Below the pieces are notes generated by a model. The model saw nothing but the letters and a program-made list of their open reading frames with translations, was not told the DNA's origin and searched no databases. DNA of 62,625 nucleotides. Origin: a virus (taxonomy: Duplodnaviria > Caudoviricetes). The position numbers were made by a program, and so were the translations under genes. Of this stretch, positions 1 to 9,005 are shown one piece after another (the stretch's first letter is position 1; each line of letters opens with the position of its first letter). The stretch is from positions 1 to 62,625 of the IMG/VR virus record IMGVR_UViG_3300035490_000346; one strand, 5' to 3'.

Positions 1-65
1 GCTCAGCGTGGAGACGCCATGCGGCTACGGGCTGGTGGCAAGACCGTCCACGAGGTATACTGATA

Positions 66-257
66 GGGAGTATTGCGAGTTTAGCCGGTGAATGCTGGCC
101 CTTCCTTCTACTAAGGGCTAGCCCCCCTCGGGGGGCAGCCTTTGCCAACCAGGTCCAGCGGTTTCCGGCGAAAGAGGGGGGCGCTAGGTCCGGGGATGGA
201 GAGCAAGTAGCCTTCGGGTGAAAATGCTTGAGCCTCCGGCCACGCCCCCCTAATTTT
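66..257 (+). ncRNA. Putative structured RNA or 5' leader (four stems, C-UUCG-G tetraloop, AGUA/GAA loop-E-like motif)
   Basis: Follows GTATACT (55-61). Stems 94-103/113-122, 121-126/131-136, 140-150/160-174, 175-183/243-251, with an inner GCC-TTCG-GGT; ends in AATTTT. Confidence 0.55.
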
Positions 258-261
258 GCCT

Positions 262-369
262 ATGAAGAAGAAGGCCAGGAAGACGCTTGTCGTTATCGCT
301 GCCGTCCTCCTTCCCGGAGGGCTGATCGCCCTTGCCGTATGGGGCATAGCAAGGCACCTCAGGAAGTAA
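262..369 (+). CDS. 35-aa single-TM peptide (MKKKARKTLVVIAAVLLPGGLIALAVWGIARHLRK)
   Basis: Translated by hand; basic-hydrophobic-basic layout; no clear SD. Confidence 0.5.
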   Translation: MKKKARKTLVVIAAVLLPGGLIALAVWGIARHLRK

Positions 370-401
370 TCCCCCGATGTATAGTAGGCACGGAGGCACT
401 C

Positions 402-872
402 ATGGAGCCAGGGGAGTTCGGGCTTGATTCCTTCAAGGGCGAGGTCCTGAGGGTGCAGTGCTCGTACCATGACGGGCTCGGCCGCTGCGGCTCGCAGGTC
501 GGCAAGCTGTGCCCCAAGTGCGGCTGGCCAGAGGGTCGCCGCCAGGGTGAGGGAGTTCATCAGGACCGACCACGCCCGCAAACACACTCTGTAACAAAAC
601 CCCCTTTTAAGGGGGGTTTTGATGCAAGGAATATCTGTCATGGAGGCCCGATGAAGAAGAGAGGCAGGCCGAGGAAGTGGTTCACATGGACCCTGGAGGT
701 AAAGGTTGACCGGTCGTGGGTCGCTGACGGGTTCGACATCAAGAACGCCGAGCAGGCCCACGAGCACTTTGCCAGCATACTCCCCTATGCCTTCGGCGAC
801 GAGTTCAAGGCACGGGTGGTATCAAGGCCCCCCCGCACCGAAATCCGCAAGGCACAGGGGTACAAGCGATGA
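402..872 (+). CDS. Hypothetical; Cys-containing N-part in frame with an AT-hook-like protein that probably starts at 651
   Basis: GGAGG before ATG402 and ATG651; KRGRPRK motif. Confidence 0.55.
   Translation: MEPGEFGLDSFKGEVLRVQCSYHDGLGRCGSQVGKLCPKCGWPEGRRQGEGVHQDRPRPQTHSVTKPPFKGGFDARNICHGGPMKKRGRPRKWFTWTLEVKVDRSWVADGFDIKNAEQAHEHFASILPYAFGDEFKARVVSRPPRTEIRKAQGYKR
595..621. terminator. Near-palindromic hairpin CAAAACCCCC-TTTTAAG-GGGGGTTTTG
   Basis: Inverted repeat with T-runs on both strands, in an AT-rich patch. Confidence 0.5.
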
Positions 873-1264
873 AGACGCCTATCGACGACACCTGCAAGGG
901 CTACCCTATCCAGCCCGAGCATATCGACACCTCGGGGCACTTCTGGTCCGCCTTCGACCACAACGAGACGGAGATATCCGCCAACTATATCGTCCGCCTA
1001 TGCCAGAAGAACGGGGGATGGAAGCCGTTCTCCTTCTCGGACATCAACAACCTCTACAAGGGCAACAAGAACGCCGAGGTCCTGGACTACGCCTTCAACA
1101 ACCTGCGCTGCTTCACGTGCCTCCGCCGTGGCACCCCCGTGGCAGAGGCAGAGGGCCAGCAGTACGTGCAGGCAGGTGCCGACGGCCTGATGCGGGTCAC
1201 GCACGAGTTCATCACCGCCTGCTTCACGTCGTCCCCGAGCAAGGGCCTGCTGAAGGGAGAATAG
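869..1264 (+). CDS. Hypothetical phage protein
   Basis: ATGA overlap with upstream gene; GC3-rich codons. Confidence 0.75.
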   Translation: MKTPIDDTCKGYPIQPEHIDTSGHFWSAFDHNETEISANYIVRLCQKNGGWKPFSFSDINNLYKGNKNAEVLDYAFNNLRCFTCLRRGTPVAEAEGQQYVQAGADGLMRVTHEFITACFTSSPSKGLLKGE

Positions 1265-1268
1265 GCAC

Positions 1269-1469
1269 ATGGGCGGCAGGAGGCTGAAGAAGGCAAGCCG
1301 TACCGAGATTGACCAGTTCATAGCCCGCCTCACCCTCCTCAAGGAGGAGGCCATGCGCATCGGCATGTACAGGACCGGGCAAAAGCTGGAGGAGCCCATC
1401 AGGCAGGCCGGCTGGGAGCTGGCCGACCTCATAGAGCACGGCGACATCGAGCAAACCCCTAAAACATAG
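1269..1469 (+). CDS. Hypothetical protein
   Basis: Tightly packed in operon. Confidence 0.65.
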   Translation: MGGRRLKKASRTEIDQFIARLTLLKEEAMRIGMYRTGQKLEEPIRQAGWELADLIEHGDIEQTPKT

Positions 1470-1491
1470 TATTCTCCCTAGGAGGCAACCG

Positions 1492-1794
1492 ATGAGCATC
1501 CTAGAGGACATAACCGCCGAGAGGGCATACCAGGAGAAGAGCTGGGGCACGGCCTTCGACGACAGGAACACCCTGAACGACTGGGTGGCATACGCCGCCA
1601 TCTACCTTGGCCGGGCGGCATCCATGAAGGCCACCCCGGCAGAGCAGAGGGAGGGCATACTCAAGACGGCCACCATCCTGATAGCGGCGGTAGAGGCCTT
1701 CGACCGCAACAAGGGCTTCCCGCCCAGGCACTACGACCCGGAGAACCCGCAGATGACGGTGCCGGCCGACCCGAGCAGGAGCCGGGCAAGATGA
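1492..1794 (+). CDS. MazG-like all-alpha nucleotide pyrophosphatase-family protein
   Basis: I.AER.YQ..SWG...DD......W and ILK.A...IAAVE pattern; GGAGG RBS. Confidence 0.55.
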   Translation: MSILEDITAERAYQEKSWGTAFDDRNTLNDWVAYAAIYLGRAASMKATPAEQREGILKTATILIAAVEAFDRNKGFPPRHYDPENPQMTVPADPSRSRAR

Positions 1795-2393
1795 GGGCTG
1801 GCACCAAGAGCCTGCTGTTCGGCGAGCACCAGTTCCTCATCCACCCCCTGTACGTGGCCCTGGCGTGGAGGAGCATGTTCGGCTTCCCACGGGACCTTAG
1901 GCTGTGGCTCTGCTTCCTGGTACATGACTGGGGCTACTGGGGTAAGGAGGACATGGACGGGGAGAGCGGGAGGAAGCATCCCTGGCCGGGGGCAGTGCTG
2001 GCCCACCGCCTGCTGGACAGGGGCCCTGGCATATCCTATGCCTGGATGGACTTCTGCCTCTACCATTCCCGCTATATCGCCGAGAAGGGCATGATATTCG
2101 AGCGCCCGGTCTCCCGCCTGGCCCTCGCCGACAAGATGTCGTTCGTCATGATGCCCTGGTGGGTGTACCTCCCCCTAGCATGGCTGTCCGGCTCCCTCAG
2201 GGAGTACATGGACAACGGCAGGGGGATGGGGGAGCCCACGGTAGGGTACAGGGAATGGCACAGGGCGCTGTGCAGCAAGACCCTGGAGTGGGTAGTCTGT
2301 ACCCTACAGCGCCCCGCTGCCAGCGACTACGGCGAGGGGCGGTACTGGAGCTGGAAGAAGAAGGGCAGCGATGGCAGTATGGCCTCTGACTAA
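1791..2393 (+). CDS. HD-domain phosphohydrolase-like protein
   Basis: H...VHDWG...H...YHS...LALADK. Confidence 0.55.
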   Translation: MRAGTKSLLFGEHQFLIHPLYVALAWRSMFGFPRDLRLWLCFLVHDWGYWGKEDMDGESGRKHPWPGAVLAHRLLDRGPGISYAWMDFCLYHSRYIAEKGMIFERPVSRLALADKMSFVMMPWWVYLPLAWLSGSLREYMDNGRGMGEPTVGYREWHRALCSKTLEWVVCTLQRPAASDYGEGRYWSWKKKGSDGSMASD

Positions 2394-2503
2394 GGCCGCC
2401 AGGGAGAGGCTCTGGAGGGAGTTCCTGGAGCGCCTGGAGAGGCTCAGGCACCAGGGCAAGCGGCCTCCCATCAGGCGGAGGTGGCACTCCAGGTGGCACT
2501 GAT

Positions 2504-2836
2504 ATGCACTATGAGGTCCCAGGGGCAGGCTACTACGACAAGGCCCACAACGATGCCGACAAGCAGGCAAACACCGACCTTATACGGCAGCTCCTATACT
2601 TCAACCTGGGGCACCCGAGGGGCGATAACCTGTGGGTGCTGCTAGGCAATGACTTTGTCCTTCACCCCCTCGGGCGGGACGGCCTGAGGGACGCAACGAA
2701 CCTCCTCCTGGGCAGGGCACCGAGGAACATGGCCTGCGGGTGGGTGCTGCGCATCCTCTACAGGCTCCTGACGGTCAGGGTAAGCTCGTTCCTGCGCAAC
2801 ATGCTATGGGCCCTCCGGCAGTATTCTAAACCATGA
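2504..2836 (+). CDS. Hypothetical protein
   Basis: Operon packing. Confidence 0.55.
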   Translation: MHYEVPGAGYYDKAHNDADKQANTDLIRQLLYFNLGHPRGDNLWVLLGNDFVLHPLGRDGLRDATNLLLGRAPRNMACGWVLRILYRLLTVRVSSFLRNMLWALRQYSKP

Positions 2837-4803
2837 CCAGCCAGTTCGACTACAGCTTCCTGAACGAGGAGCAGCTAAGGGCGGTCGCCCACCCTATCGG
2901 CAGGCCTGCCTGCCTTATCGCCGGGGCGGGGTCCGGCAAGACCGCCACCATCACGGCCAGGGTAGCCTGGCTGATGGAGAACAGCGTCCTCCCCTTCCGC
3001 ATCTGCTGCATTACCTTCACCAACAAGGCGGCCGGCGAGATAGCCCGCAGGGTAGGGCTGTCGGAGGCCAGCCCTGCGGGGTCGGACATACCCCATATCT
3101 CCACCATCCACTCCCTGGCGCTCAGCGCCATCCGCAAGGACCCCGAGGGCTTCGGCTTCGACGGCAGGGTCACGCCCATGGACGACTACGACCAGGCGCA
3201 GATGTGCAAGAAGCTCATCGAGCGCATGCCCCAGGAGATGGGCGTGGAGATGAACGCCTACCGCTTCCTGGAGAAGCTCGGCTACCACCGTGCCCGTGGG
3301 GTGGGGTTCTCGGACGGCTATACGGAGGACGTCCACGAGGAGGCGCTGGAGCACCACAAGGGGTACCATGCCCTGGACGACTGGGAGGTAAGGCTCTGGA
3401 GGCTGTTCGAGGAGGAGAAGCGGAAGTGCGGCACGGTTGACTTCGACGACATGATTCACCTGGTGGTCCGCCGTGGGGAGGGGGAGGACAACTGGCGGGC
3501 GGCCTTGCAGAAGCGCTTCCACCACGTCCTCCAGGACGAGAGCCAGGACACCAGCCCCGTGCAGTGGAGGCTCGTCAACCTCCTGCTGGCGGACGGCAAC
3601 CCTAACCTCTACTGCGTCGGCGACCTGGCGCAGAGCATCTATGCCTTCCAGGGGGCGGAGCCACGCCTGCTCAAGGAGTTCAGCGAGGGCTGGCGGGGGC
3701 ACGTGCCGGACCTCTACCGCATCTCCCGCAACCACCGCAGCCTGCCCTCCATCATCCGGCTGAGCAACAAGATTAACGCCGCCATGACGGAGGTCATCCC
3801 GCTCAAGATGATGCCATTCCGGGGCCTCGTCCCCGGCGGGGAGGAGGCGCAGCCGGGGCTGACCAGGATAATCAAGTCCAGCATGCCGGCCGACATAGCC
3901 GCCGTCATCGCCAAGGAGATACAGCACGACAGCCAGCTCAAGAAGGCCCCCATAGCCTACAAGGACAACGCTATCCTGGTGCGCAGCGCCATCCAGGTAA
4001 GGGACATCGAGGGGGCGCTGGTACGGCTCCGCATCCCCTACATAGTCCGGGGCGGCAGGGGGCTCCTCCAGACGGAGGAGGTCAAGGACATCCTCTCCTA
4101 CTTCCGGCTGGCCGTCAACCACAAGGACTTCCCGGCCTTCGTGCGTGCCGTAGGGGTGCCGAAGAGGGGCATCGGGGACGTGGCCATCGAGAGGCTGCGC
4201 CAGAGGGCCAGCGAGGAGCACGGCGGCGACCTGGTCGAGGCATGCACCTCCCTGGACAAGCTGGACGTGTTCTACAGCAGCATATCCCAGGCCACGGCCA
4301 TGCTGGACGACCCTGCCGGGGCCATGGAGGCGCTGGTACGGCTGTTCGGGTACAAGGACTACATCTCCGCCAAGTACCGCCGCGAGGAGAGCAAGGCTAA
4401 GGCCAAGCACGAGAACATAGACCGCTTCCTCCTCCTGGTGCGGTCCCTCGCGGACGACGGCAAGACCTCCGAGGACCTGGTGTTCCACCTTGCCATGGAC
4501 AGGCCCTCCGACGACGGGGAAGAGGAGGAAAAGGGGGAGGTTACCGTCTCCACCATCCACAGTGCCAAGGGGCTGGAATGGCAGCGGGTGTATATTACCA
4601 ATGTGACAGAGGGCTCGCTGCCCCACAGGTTCAGCATGGGGAGCCCCTCCGAGGTAGAGGAGGAGCGGCGGCTGTTCTATGTCGCCTGCACGAGGGCAAA
4701 GGACAGCCTTGCCCTATGCGTGCATTCCCTGGAGCCCCGTGGCCCCAACACCCTGTCGGTATCGCCTAGCAGGTTCCTGGGAGAGGTAGGGATAAGGGCA
4801 TGA
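2833..4803 (+). CDS. uvrD: UvrD/PcrA/Rep superfamily 1A DNA helicase
   Basis: AGAGSGKT, TFTNKAA, DESQD, VGDLAQSIY, NHRS, TIHSAKGLEW, EERRLFYVACTRAK. Confidence 0.97.
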   Translation: MTSQFDYSFLNEEQLRAVAHPIGRPACLIAGAGSGKTATITARVAWLMENSVLPFRICCITFTNKAAGEIARRVGLSEASPAGSDIPHISTIHSLALSAIRKDPEGFGFDGRVTPMDDYDQAQMCKKLIERMPQEMGVEMNAYRFLEKLGYHRARGVGFSDGYTEDVHEEALEHHKGYHALDDWEVRLWRLFEEEKRKCGTVDFDDMIHLVVRRGEGEDNWRAALQKRFHHVLQDESQDTSPVQWRLVNLLLADGNPNLYCVGDLAQSIYAFQGAEPRLLKEFSEGWRGHVPDLYRISRNHRSLPSIIRLSNKINAAMTEVIPLKMMPFRGLVPGGEEAQPGLTRIIKSSMPADIAAVIAKEIQHDSQLKKAPIAYKDNAILVRSAIQVRDIEGALVRLRIPYIVRGGRGLLQTEEVKDILSYFRLAVNHKDFPAFVRAVGVPKRGIGDVAIERLRQRASEEHGGDLVEACTSLDKLDVFYSSISQATAMLDDPAGAMEALVRLFGYKDYISAKYRREESKAKAKHENIDRFLLLVRSLADDGKTSEDLVFHLAMDRPSDDGEEEEKGEVTVSTIHSAKGLEWQRVYITNVTEGSLPHRFSMGSPSEVEEERRLFYVACTRAKDSLALCVHSLEPRGPNTLSVSPSRFLGEVGIRA

Positions 4804-5132
4804 ACAGGAAGGCAGCAGAGCAGTGGACCGAGTTCTGGGAGCTGGTGATTGTCAGCCGCCGCGAGAACCTCCATTACCCCGAGTACAACAACGAGTCCTT
4901 CCGCCAGGCGTTTACGAGCGAGGGGATAGCCAAGGACCGGGCCGAGGAGGACAACGAGTTCAGGCTCAGGGGCATAAAGAGGGAGGACGCGCCGGGCGGC
5001 CCTATCAAGTGGAAGAGCGACCACCACGGCGGGGTCAGGAGCACCGAGAGCCCCAACGGCGAGGCGGACTACTACGTGTTCCCCCGGACTATATTCCCGA
5101 GGATGGACATCCCGCTGAGGGAGGGGTCATGA
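4800..5132 (+). CDS. Hypothetical protein
   Basis: ATGA overlaps at both ends. Confidence 0.65.
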   Translation: MNRKAAEQWTEFWELVIVSRRENLHYPEYNNESFRQAFTSEGIAKDRAEEDNEFRLRGIKREDAPGGPIKWKSDHHGGVRSTESPNGEADYYVFPRTIFPRMDIPLREGS

Positions 5133-5620
5133 TAAAGGACACGGTCCCCTGCTACGTGTGCGGGGGCACCAGGGAGGTTGACCCGCAGACGGGCGAGCCG
5201 CTCGACTGCGACGTGTGCGGGCCGAGGCTGTGCGAGGGATGCGAGGCGGGCAACCACTTCCAGTGCGTGGGCCACTACTGCGAGTGCAAGGAATGCAGGG
5301 CCAATGCAGGCAAGCATATAGTGTGCCCGCCCTGCACGGAGGACAGGCATGACGGGTGCCTCGGGCACGGCTGCCACTGCAAGCACTTCAGGTGGCACGA
5401 CCCCGACTGCCCCGAGTGCCAGGAGGCGATGAAGGACTGCATCTGCGGCAGGATGCACTGGATGCTGAACGGCACCAGGAACGCCAAGTGGGAGTGGGAC
5501 TGCCCGGTCCACGGCAGCACGAAGGTAGACAAGAAGGAGAGGGAGTACCACGAGCATGAACCTGCGGCCCTGGACGGGTGTATACTAAGGGGGGAGGAGA
5601 TACATGTCGGCATTCTCTAA
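5129..5620 (+). CDS. Cys/His-rich multi-zinc-finger protein
   Basis: More than 20 Cys; two CxxCxxxxHxxCxGHxCxC units; GAGG before ATG5129. Confidence 0.7.
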   Translation: MIKDTVPCYVCGGTREVDPQTGEPLDCDVCGPRLCEGCEAGNHFQCVGHYCECKECRANAGKHIVCPPCTEDRHDGCLGHGCHCKHFRWHDPDCPECQEAMKDCICGRMHWMLNGTRNAKWEWDCPVHGSTKVDKKEREYHEHEPAALDGCILRGEEIHVGIL

Positions 5621-5942
5621 GAGGTTCCCAGGGATGGCGGTCGGCGAGTACAGGGAGATTGGCACCCCCTGGCATGCCGCCAGGACCCTTCCTGACAGCC
5701 TGTCCGTAAGGACCTTCGTGACCCCCTCCCATACCTTCCCTGACGAGGGCTACTACCTCCAGGCGGTGAAGGGCAAGAGGGCGGGATGGGGAAACGGCTC
5801 CGCCGTCATCATGTGCAACTGCATCGACGCCACGCTCAAGTTCGGCTCCGTCCTGACCGGCATCAAGGCCCCCTGCAAGCATGCCCAGGGGCTCAGGGCC
5901 CTGCTCGGCAGGGGGTATGCCTATGCCAAGGCAGAGGACTAG
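5604..5942 (+). CDS. SWIM-type zinc-finger protein
   Basis: CNC...PCKH; own GTGTATACT and GGAGG. Confidence 0.6.
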   Translation: MSAFSKRFPGMAVGEYREIGTPWHAARTLPDSLSVRTFVTPSHTFPDEGYYLQAVKGKRAGWGNGSAVIMCNCIDATLKFGSVLTGIKAPCKHAQGLRALLGRGYAYAKAED

Positions 5943-5989
5943 AATCCCGCCGCAGGCCCGTGATTCCAGTGTATACTTAGTGTGAAGGG
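5942..5989 (+). promoter_or_regulatory. Class E (early-type) promoter motif
   Basis: GAATCCC-N10-CGTGATTCCAGTGTATACT, same spacing as the other copies. Confidence 0.75.
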
Positions 5990-6052
5990 GGCAGGCAAGG
6001 CGCTCCCGAGAGATTATGGCCTCCGCACTGACGAGGCCAGAGGAGATTACAA

Positions 6053-6409
6053 ATGAATAGGAACGGGCTTGAGGAGCGGGAGACTGCCCGCCTGGTGTGG
6101 GACTATTTCCGGCTGATGCTGCCTACGACCAAGGACAGGCTGCTGGAGAGGTACAAGGAGGCAAGTGATCGCCTTCGCCCCGGTGCCTCCAGGAAGGTAC
6201 GGCTGGTGACCAACGGCGTGGAGGAGGTCATCGAGGTCAAGTTCGGCTCTAACACCAAGGGCGAGTTCCTGACGATGAAGGACTTCTACCACGAGCTTAT
6301 GAAGGCCAGCCCTGTATGGGCGTTCATCGGCGCTGACCTGCCGAGCAATCCTCCACGGCAGAAGCGCCCCGGCAGGGGAAGGTTCAACCCGAACCGCAGG
6401 CCCCGCTAG
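6053..6409 (+). CDS. Hypothetical protein
   Basis: GAGGAG RBS; downstream of promoter. Confidence 0.7.
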   Translation: MNRNGLEERETARLVWDYFRLMLPTTKDRLLERYKEASDRLRPGASRKVRLVTNGVEEVIEVKFGSNTKGEFLTMKDFYHELMKASPVWAFIGADLPSNPPRQKRPGRGRFNPNRRPR

Positions 6410-6493
6410 CTCTCTGGCAGGGCATGCGGAGTAGCTGACTGTATCCAGGCATGGCCAGCGAAATCTGAGCCATGCCCTGCCAGGAGACTTACT

Positions 6494-7501
6494 ATGAGAG
6501 AGGCACGCTTCGATACGGTCCTGCCCACCGACTGGACAGGCAGCAAGGCGCTAGGGGTGTTCCTCGGCCAGGACTTCTGCGCCGAGCACGAGTGGGGCAT
6601 AAGGGGCGTCCAGGAGCACTTCGGCATCTCCAAGAACACCCGTGCCCTGGGCGTCAACAGGCGCAGGATACGGCAGGTCCCCAAGAGCCTCATGTGGGTC
6701 AGGCGAGGCATCCGGGAGGGAATCCTTCTTCCCGAGACATTCGAGCTACACTACGAGGGCCCGGTCAAGGCCGTGTCCTTCTACTGGCGCACCCTCTACC
6801 TCCCCACGGCCAAGGGGCTCAAGGCGGCGTGGGACGAGGGCTCCTTCATCGTGACCTCCAACCGCAAGAAGGAAGTCAGGCTCCTGCGCCAGGTCTATGA
6901 CGCTATCAGGAGGAAGGACGCCGCCGTGGGCATCTTCAGCCCGCACGGGCTTAACCCCTTCGGCGGGCAGGGCCTAGGGATTGCCATCGTCAGCCGCATG
7001 GACAAGGATACGCTCAAGGGCTGGAAGGATGCCGACCGGGAGCAGCAGTTCCTCCAGAAGGCCAAGAGGGACAGCGGCATCGTAGACATACTCCGCAAGG
7101 CAGGCAAGAGGTTCTTCGACGTCTCCCCCAGGCTTGAGAAGGACGGGACCATCGTCTACTGGCTCAACCCCTGGGACGAGGGCCATGCTAAGGCGGGGTG
7201 GTACTCCCTCCAGGACCTCAAGGACTGGGCAGAGGGCAAGGGGAAGGTGGTACAGCCCCCTCCCCCTCCCCCTGAGCCTGAGCCCGAGCAGCCGGAGGAA
7301 TGGGGAGACGAAACTAGCACTCCCGGTGCCAGCATCCCTGGCTCGGAGCTACCGCCCATCCCGCCCCCCGAGCCCGAGCCCGAGCTGCCGGAGGAGCAGG
7401 GGGACGAGACCAGCACTCCCGGCGCTGGTATCCCTGGCTCGGAGCCCTTCCAGGAGATGCTAGGGGAGGAGCCGAAGTGCGACGACGGGGTTCAGCAATG
7501 A
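6494..7501 (+). CDS. Hypothetical protein with a duplicated Pro/Glu-rich tail
   Basis: AGGAG RBS; long GC3-rich ORF. Confidence 0.8.
   Translation: MREARFDTVLPTDWTGSKALGVFLGQDFCAEHEWGIRGVQEHFGISKNTRALGVNRRRIRQVPKSLMWVRRGIREGILLPETFELHYEGPVKAVSFYWRTLYLPTAKGLKAAWDEGSFIVTSNRKKEVRLLRQVYDAIRRKDAAVGIFSPHGLNPFGGQGLGIAIVSRMDKDTLKGWKDADREQQFLQKAKRDSGIVDILRKAGKRFFDVSPRLEKDGTIVYWLNPWDEGHAKAGWYSLQDLKDWAEGKGKVVQPPPPPPEPEPEQPEEWGDETSTPGASIPGSELPPIPPPEPEPELPEEQGDETSTPGAGIPGSEPFQEMLGEEPKCDDGVQQ
7265..7445 (+). repeat. Tandem ~96-bp (32-codon) in-frame duplication
   Basis: PPPEPEPE[QL]PEE[WQ]GDETSTPGA[SG]IPGSE twice; differences mostly synonymous. Confidence 0.9.
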
Positions 7502-7701
7502 GGGACAAGAAGCGGTTCATGCACGAGCTGGCCGTGTTCCTGGTGGCCGAGCAGGCCTCTGACAGCATCGGGCTCCAGCTAGGTAGGCCCTTTGCCAAGC
7601 GCTGGGCCGCCCTCCGCAGTGCTACCCCCCTCTTCGGCTACCCGACCGTGGAGGAGGCAGAGAAGGTGCTGTCGGGATGGCTGCTCGGGGAGGGCAAATG
7701 A
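7498..7701 (+). CDS. Hypothetical protein
   Basis: ATGA overlap. Confidence 0.6.
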   Translation: MRDKKRFMHELAVFLVAEQASDSIGLQLGRPFAKRWAALRSATPLFGYPTVEEAEKVLSGWLLGEGK

Positions 7702-7880
7702 AGCTCATCAAGGTCGAGTTCAATGACGGCAAGACAGTAAGCCTGGACGTTGCCGAGTTCGGCTTGGGGGCAGGGGTTAAAGTAAGCAGCCAGATGGAAG
7801 AGGTCGGCTCCGGGGGCGGCAGCGTCCTCGACCGGCTTGCCTCCCTCCACGGCGGCGTCAAGGACATAACCGGGGGATAA
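7698..7880 (+). CDS. Hypothetical protein
   Basis: ATGA overlap; GGAGGG RBS. Confidence 0.55.
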   Translation: MKLIKVEFNDGKTVSLDVAEFGLGAGVKVSSQMEEVGSGGGSVLDRLASLHGGVKDITGG

Positions 7881-7881
7881 C

Positions 7882-8988
7882 ATGTACCTTGCACTGCTCC
7901 TGCTGCTCCCGCTTATCCTGTGCTTCCTGGCGAAGTACGTCTTCTGGAAGGACAGCTTCGGGTGGGCACCCTTCCTTATCGCCATAGGGGCCTGCGCCCT
8001 TACCGTCCTGGGCGGGCTTGCCATCGAGTTCTACGGGGTGACCTCCGACACGGAGGTATGGTCCGGCACCGTCACGGGCAGGCAGCGCAACGAGGTGTCC
8101 TGCTCCCACTCCTACCCCTGCAACTGCCACGAGGTATGCACCGAGGACTCCAACGGGCACGAGAGCTGCACGGAGCACTGCGACACCTGCTACGAGCACC
8201 CCTTTGACGTGGACTGGGACGTCTACTTCTCCACCGGCAAGGTGATAAGCATAGCCAGGGAGGACCGCCAGGGGCTCATAGAGCCCAAGCGGTGGGACGC
8301 CGTCTATACCGGCGAGCCTACCGCCGAGACGCACAGCTTTACCAACTACCTGCTTGCCGCCCCCGGCAACGTCATGCTGCGGCATGATGCCCCCAAGGGG
8401 TTCGAGGCCCTTATCCCCGCATACCCCGACAACATCTACGACTACTACCGGGTCAACCGCTTCCTGGTGATGGGCGGGGTGCCTGTCACGGGCAGGTACG
8501 ACTGGGAGTGGATTCTTAACAGGCTGAACGCCGAGCTGGGCACGGTCAAGCAGGTGAACGTCATCATCGTCATCGTCCCCACGGCGGACCCCCGCTACGA
8601 GTACGCCATCCAGAAGGCCTGGGTCGGGGGGAAGAAGAACGACCTCGTGGTCTGCATCGGCGTCACGAGGTATCCCAAGATCGACTGGTGCCGCATCGTC
8701 TCGTGGACCACGGACGAGAGCATCAAGGTCCTGCTGCGGGACGATATCCAGGGCATAGGCAACCTGGACCACCGGGACGATATCATGGGGGCGGTACGCA
8801 GGGAGGCCATCGCCCACTTCCACAGGCGGCACATGAAGGACCTCAAGTACCTTGCCGCAGCGCACCAGCCGAGCGGCACGGTGCTGCTTGTCATCCTGAT
8901 GCTGGAGGTAGCCAACGTGGCGGCAAGCGTCTACGTCTCCTACCGCATGCAGGGGGGCGGCTACCACCGTTACGGCGGATACTACTGA
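7882..8988 (+). CDS. Membrane protein (2 N-terminal TM + 1 C-terminal TM) with a Cys-rich knuckle and a TPM-like extracytoplasmic domain
   Basis: SCSHSYPCNC...HCDTCYEH; W.GGKKND.VV.IG. Confidence 0.75.
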   Translation: MYLALLLLLPLILCFLAKYVFWKDSFGWAPFLIAIGACALTVLGGLAIEFYGVTSDTEVWSGTVTGRQRNEVSCSHSYPCNCHEVCTEDSNGHESCTEHCDTCYEHPFDVDWDVYFSTGKVISIAREDRQGLIEPKRWDAVYTGEPTAETHSFTNYLLAAPGNVMLRHDAPKGFEALIPAYPDNIYDYYRVNRFLVMGGVPVTGRYDWEWILNRLNAELGTVKQVNVIIVIVPTADPRYEYAIQKAWVGGKKNDLVVCIGVTRYPKIDWCRIVSWTTDESIKVLLRDDIQGIGNLDHRDDIMGAVRREAIAHFHRRHMKDLKYLAAAHQPSGTVLLVILMLEVANVAASVYVSYRMQGGGYHRYGGYY

Positions 8989-9005
8989 TAACAAAGGAGA
9001 AGCAA

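Noticed and set aside
184-207. SRP RNA domain IV resemblance (UAGGUCC...GGAGAGCA)
   Set aside because: Lacks the CAGG/GNRA/AGCA geometry; the segment pairs better within the long stem
6017-6040. Hammerhead ribozyme (CTGACGA)
   Set aside because: No stem II followed by GAAA; it is a simple TGGCCTC/GAGGCCA hairpin
7265-7445. Repeat pair as DGR template/variable repeats
   Set aside because: Tandem in-frame duplication; mismatches are not adenine-specific; no reverse transcriptase in the window
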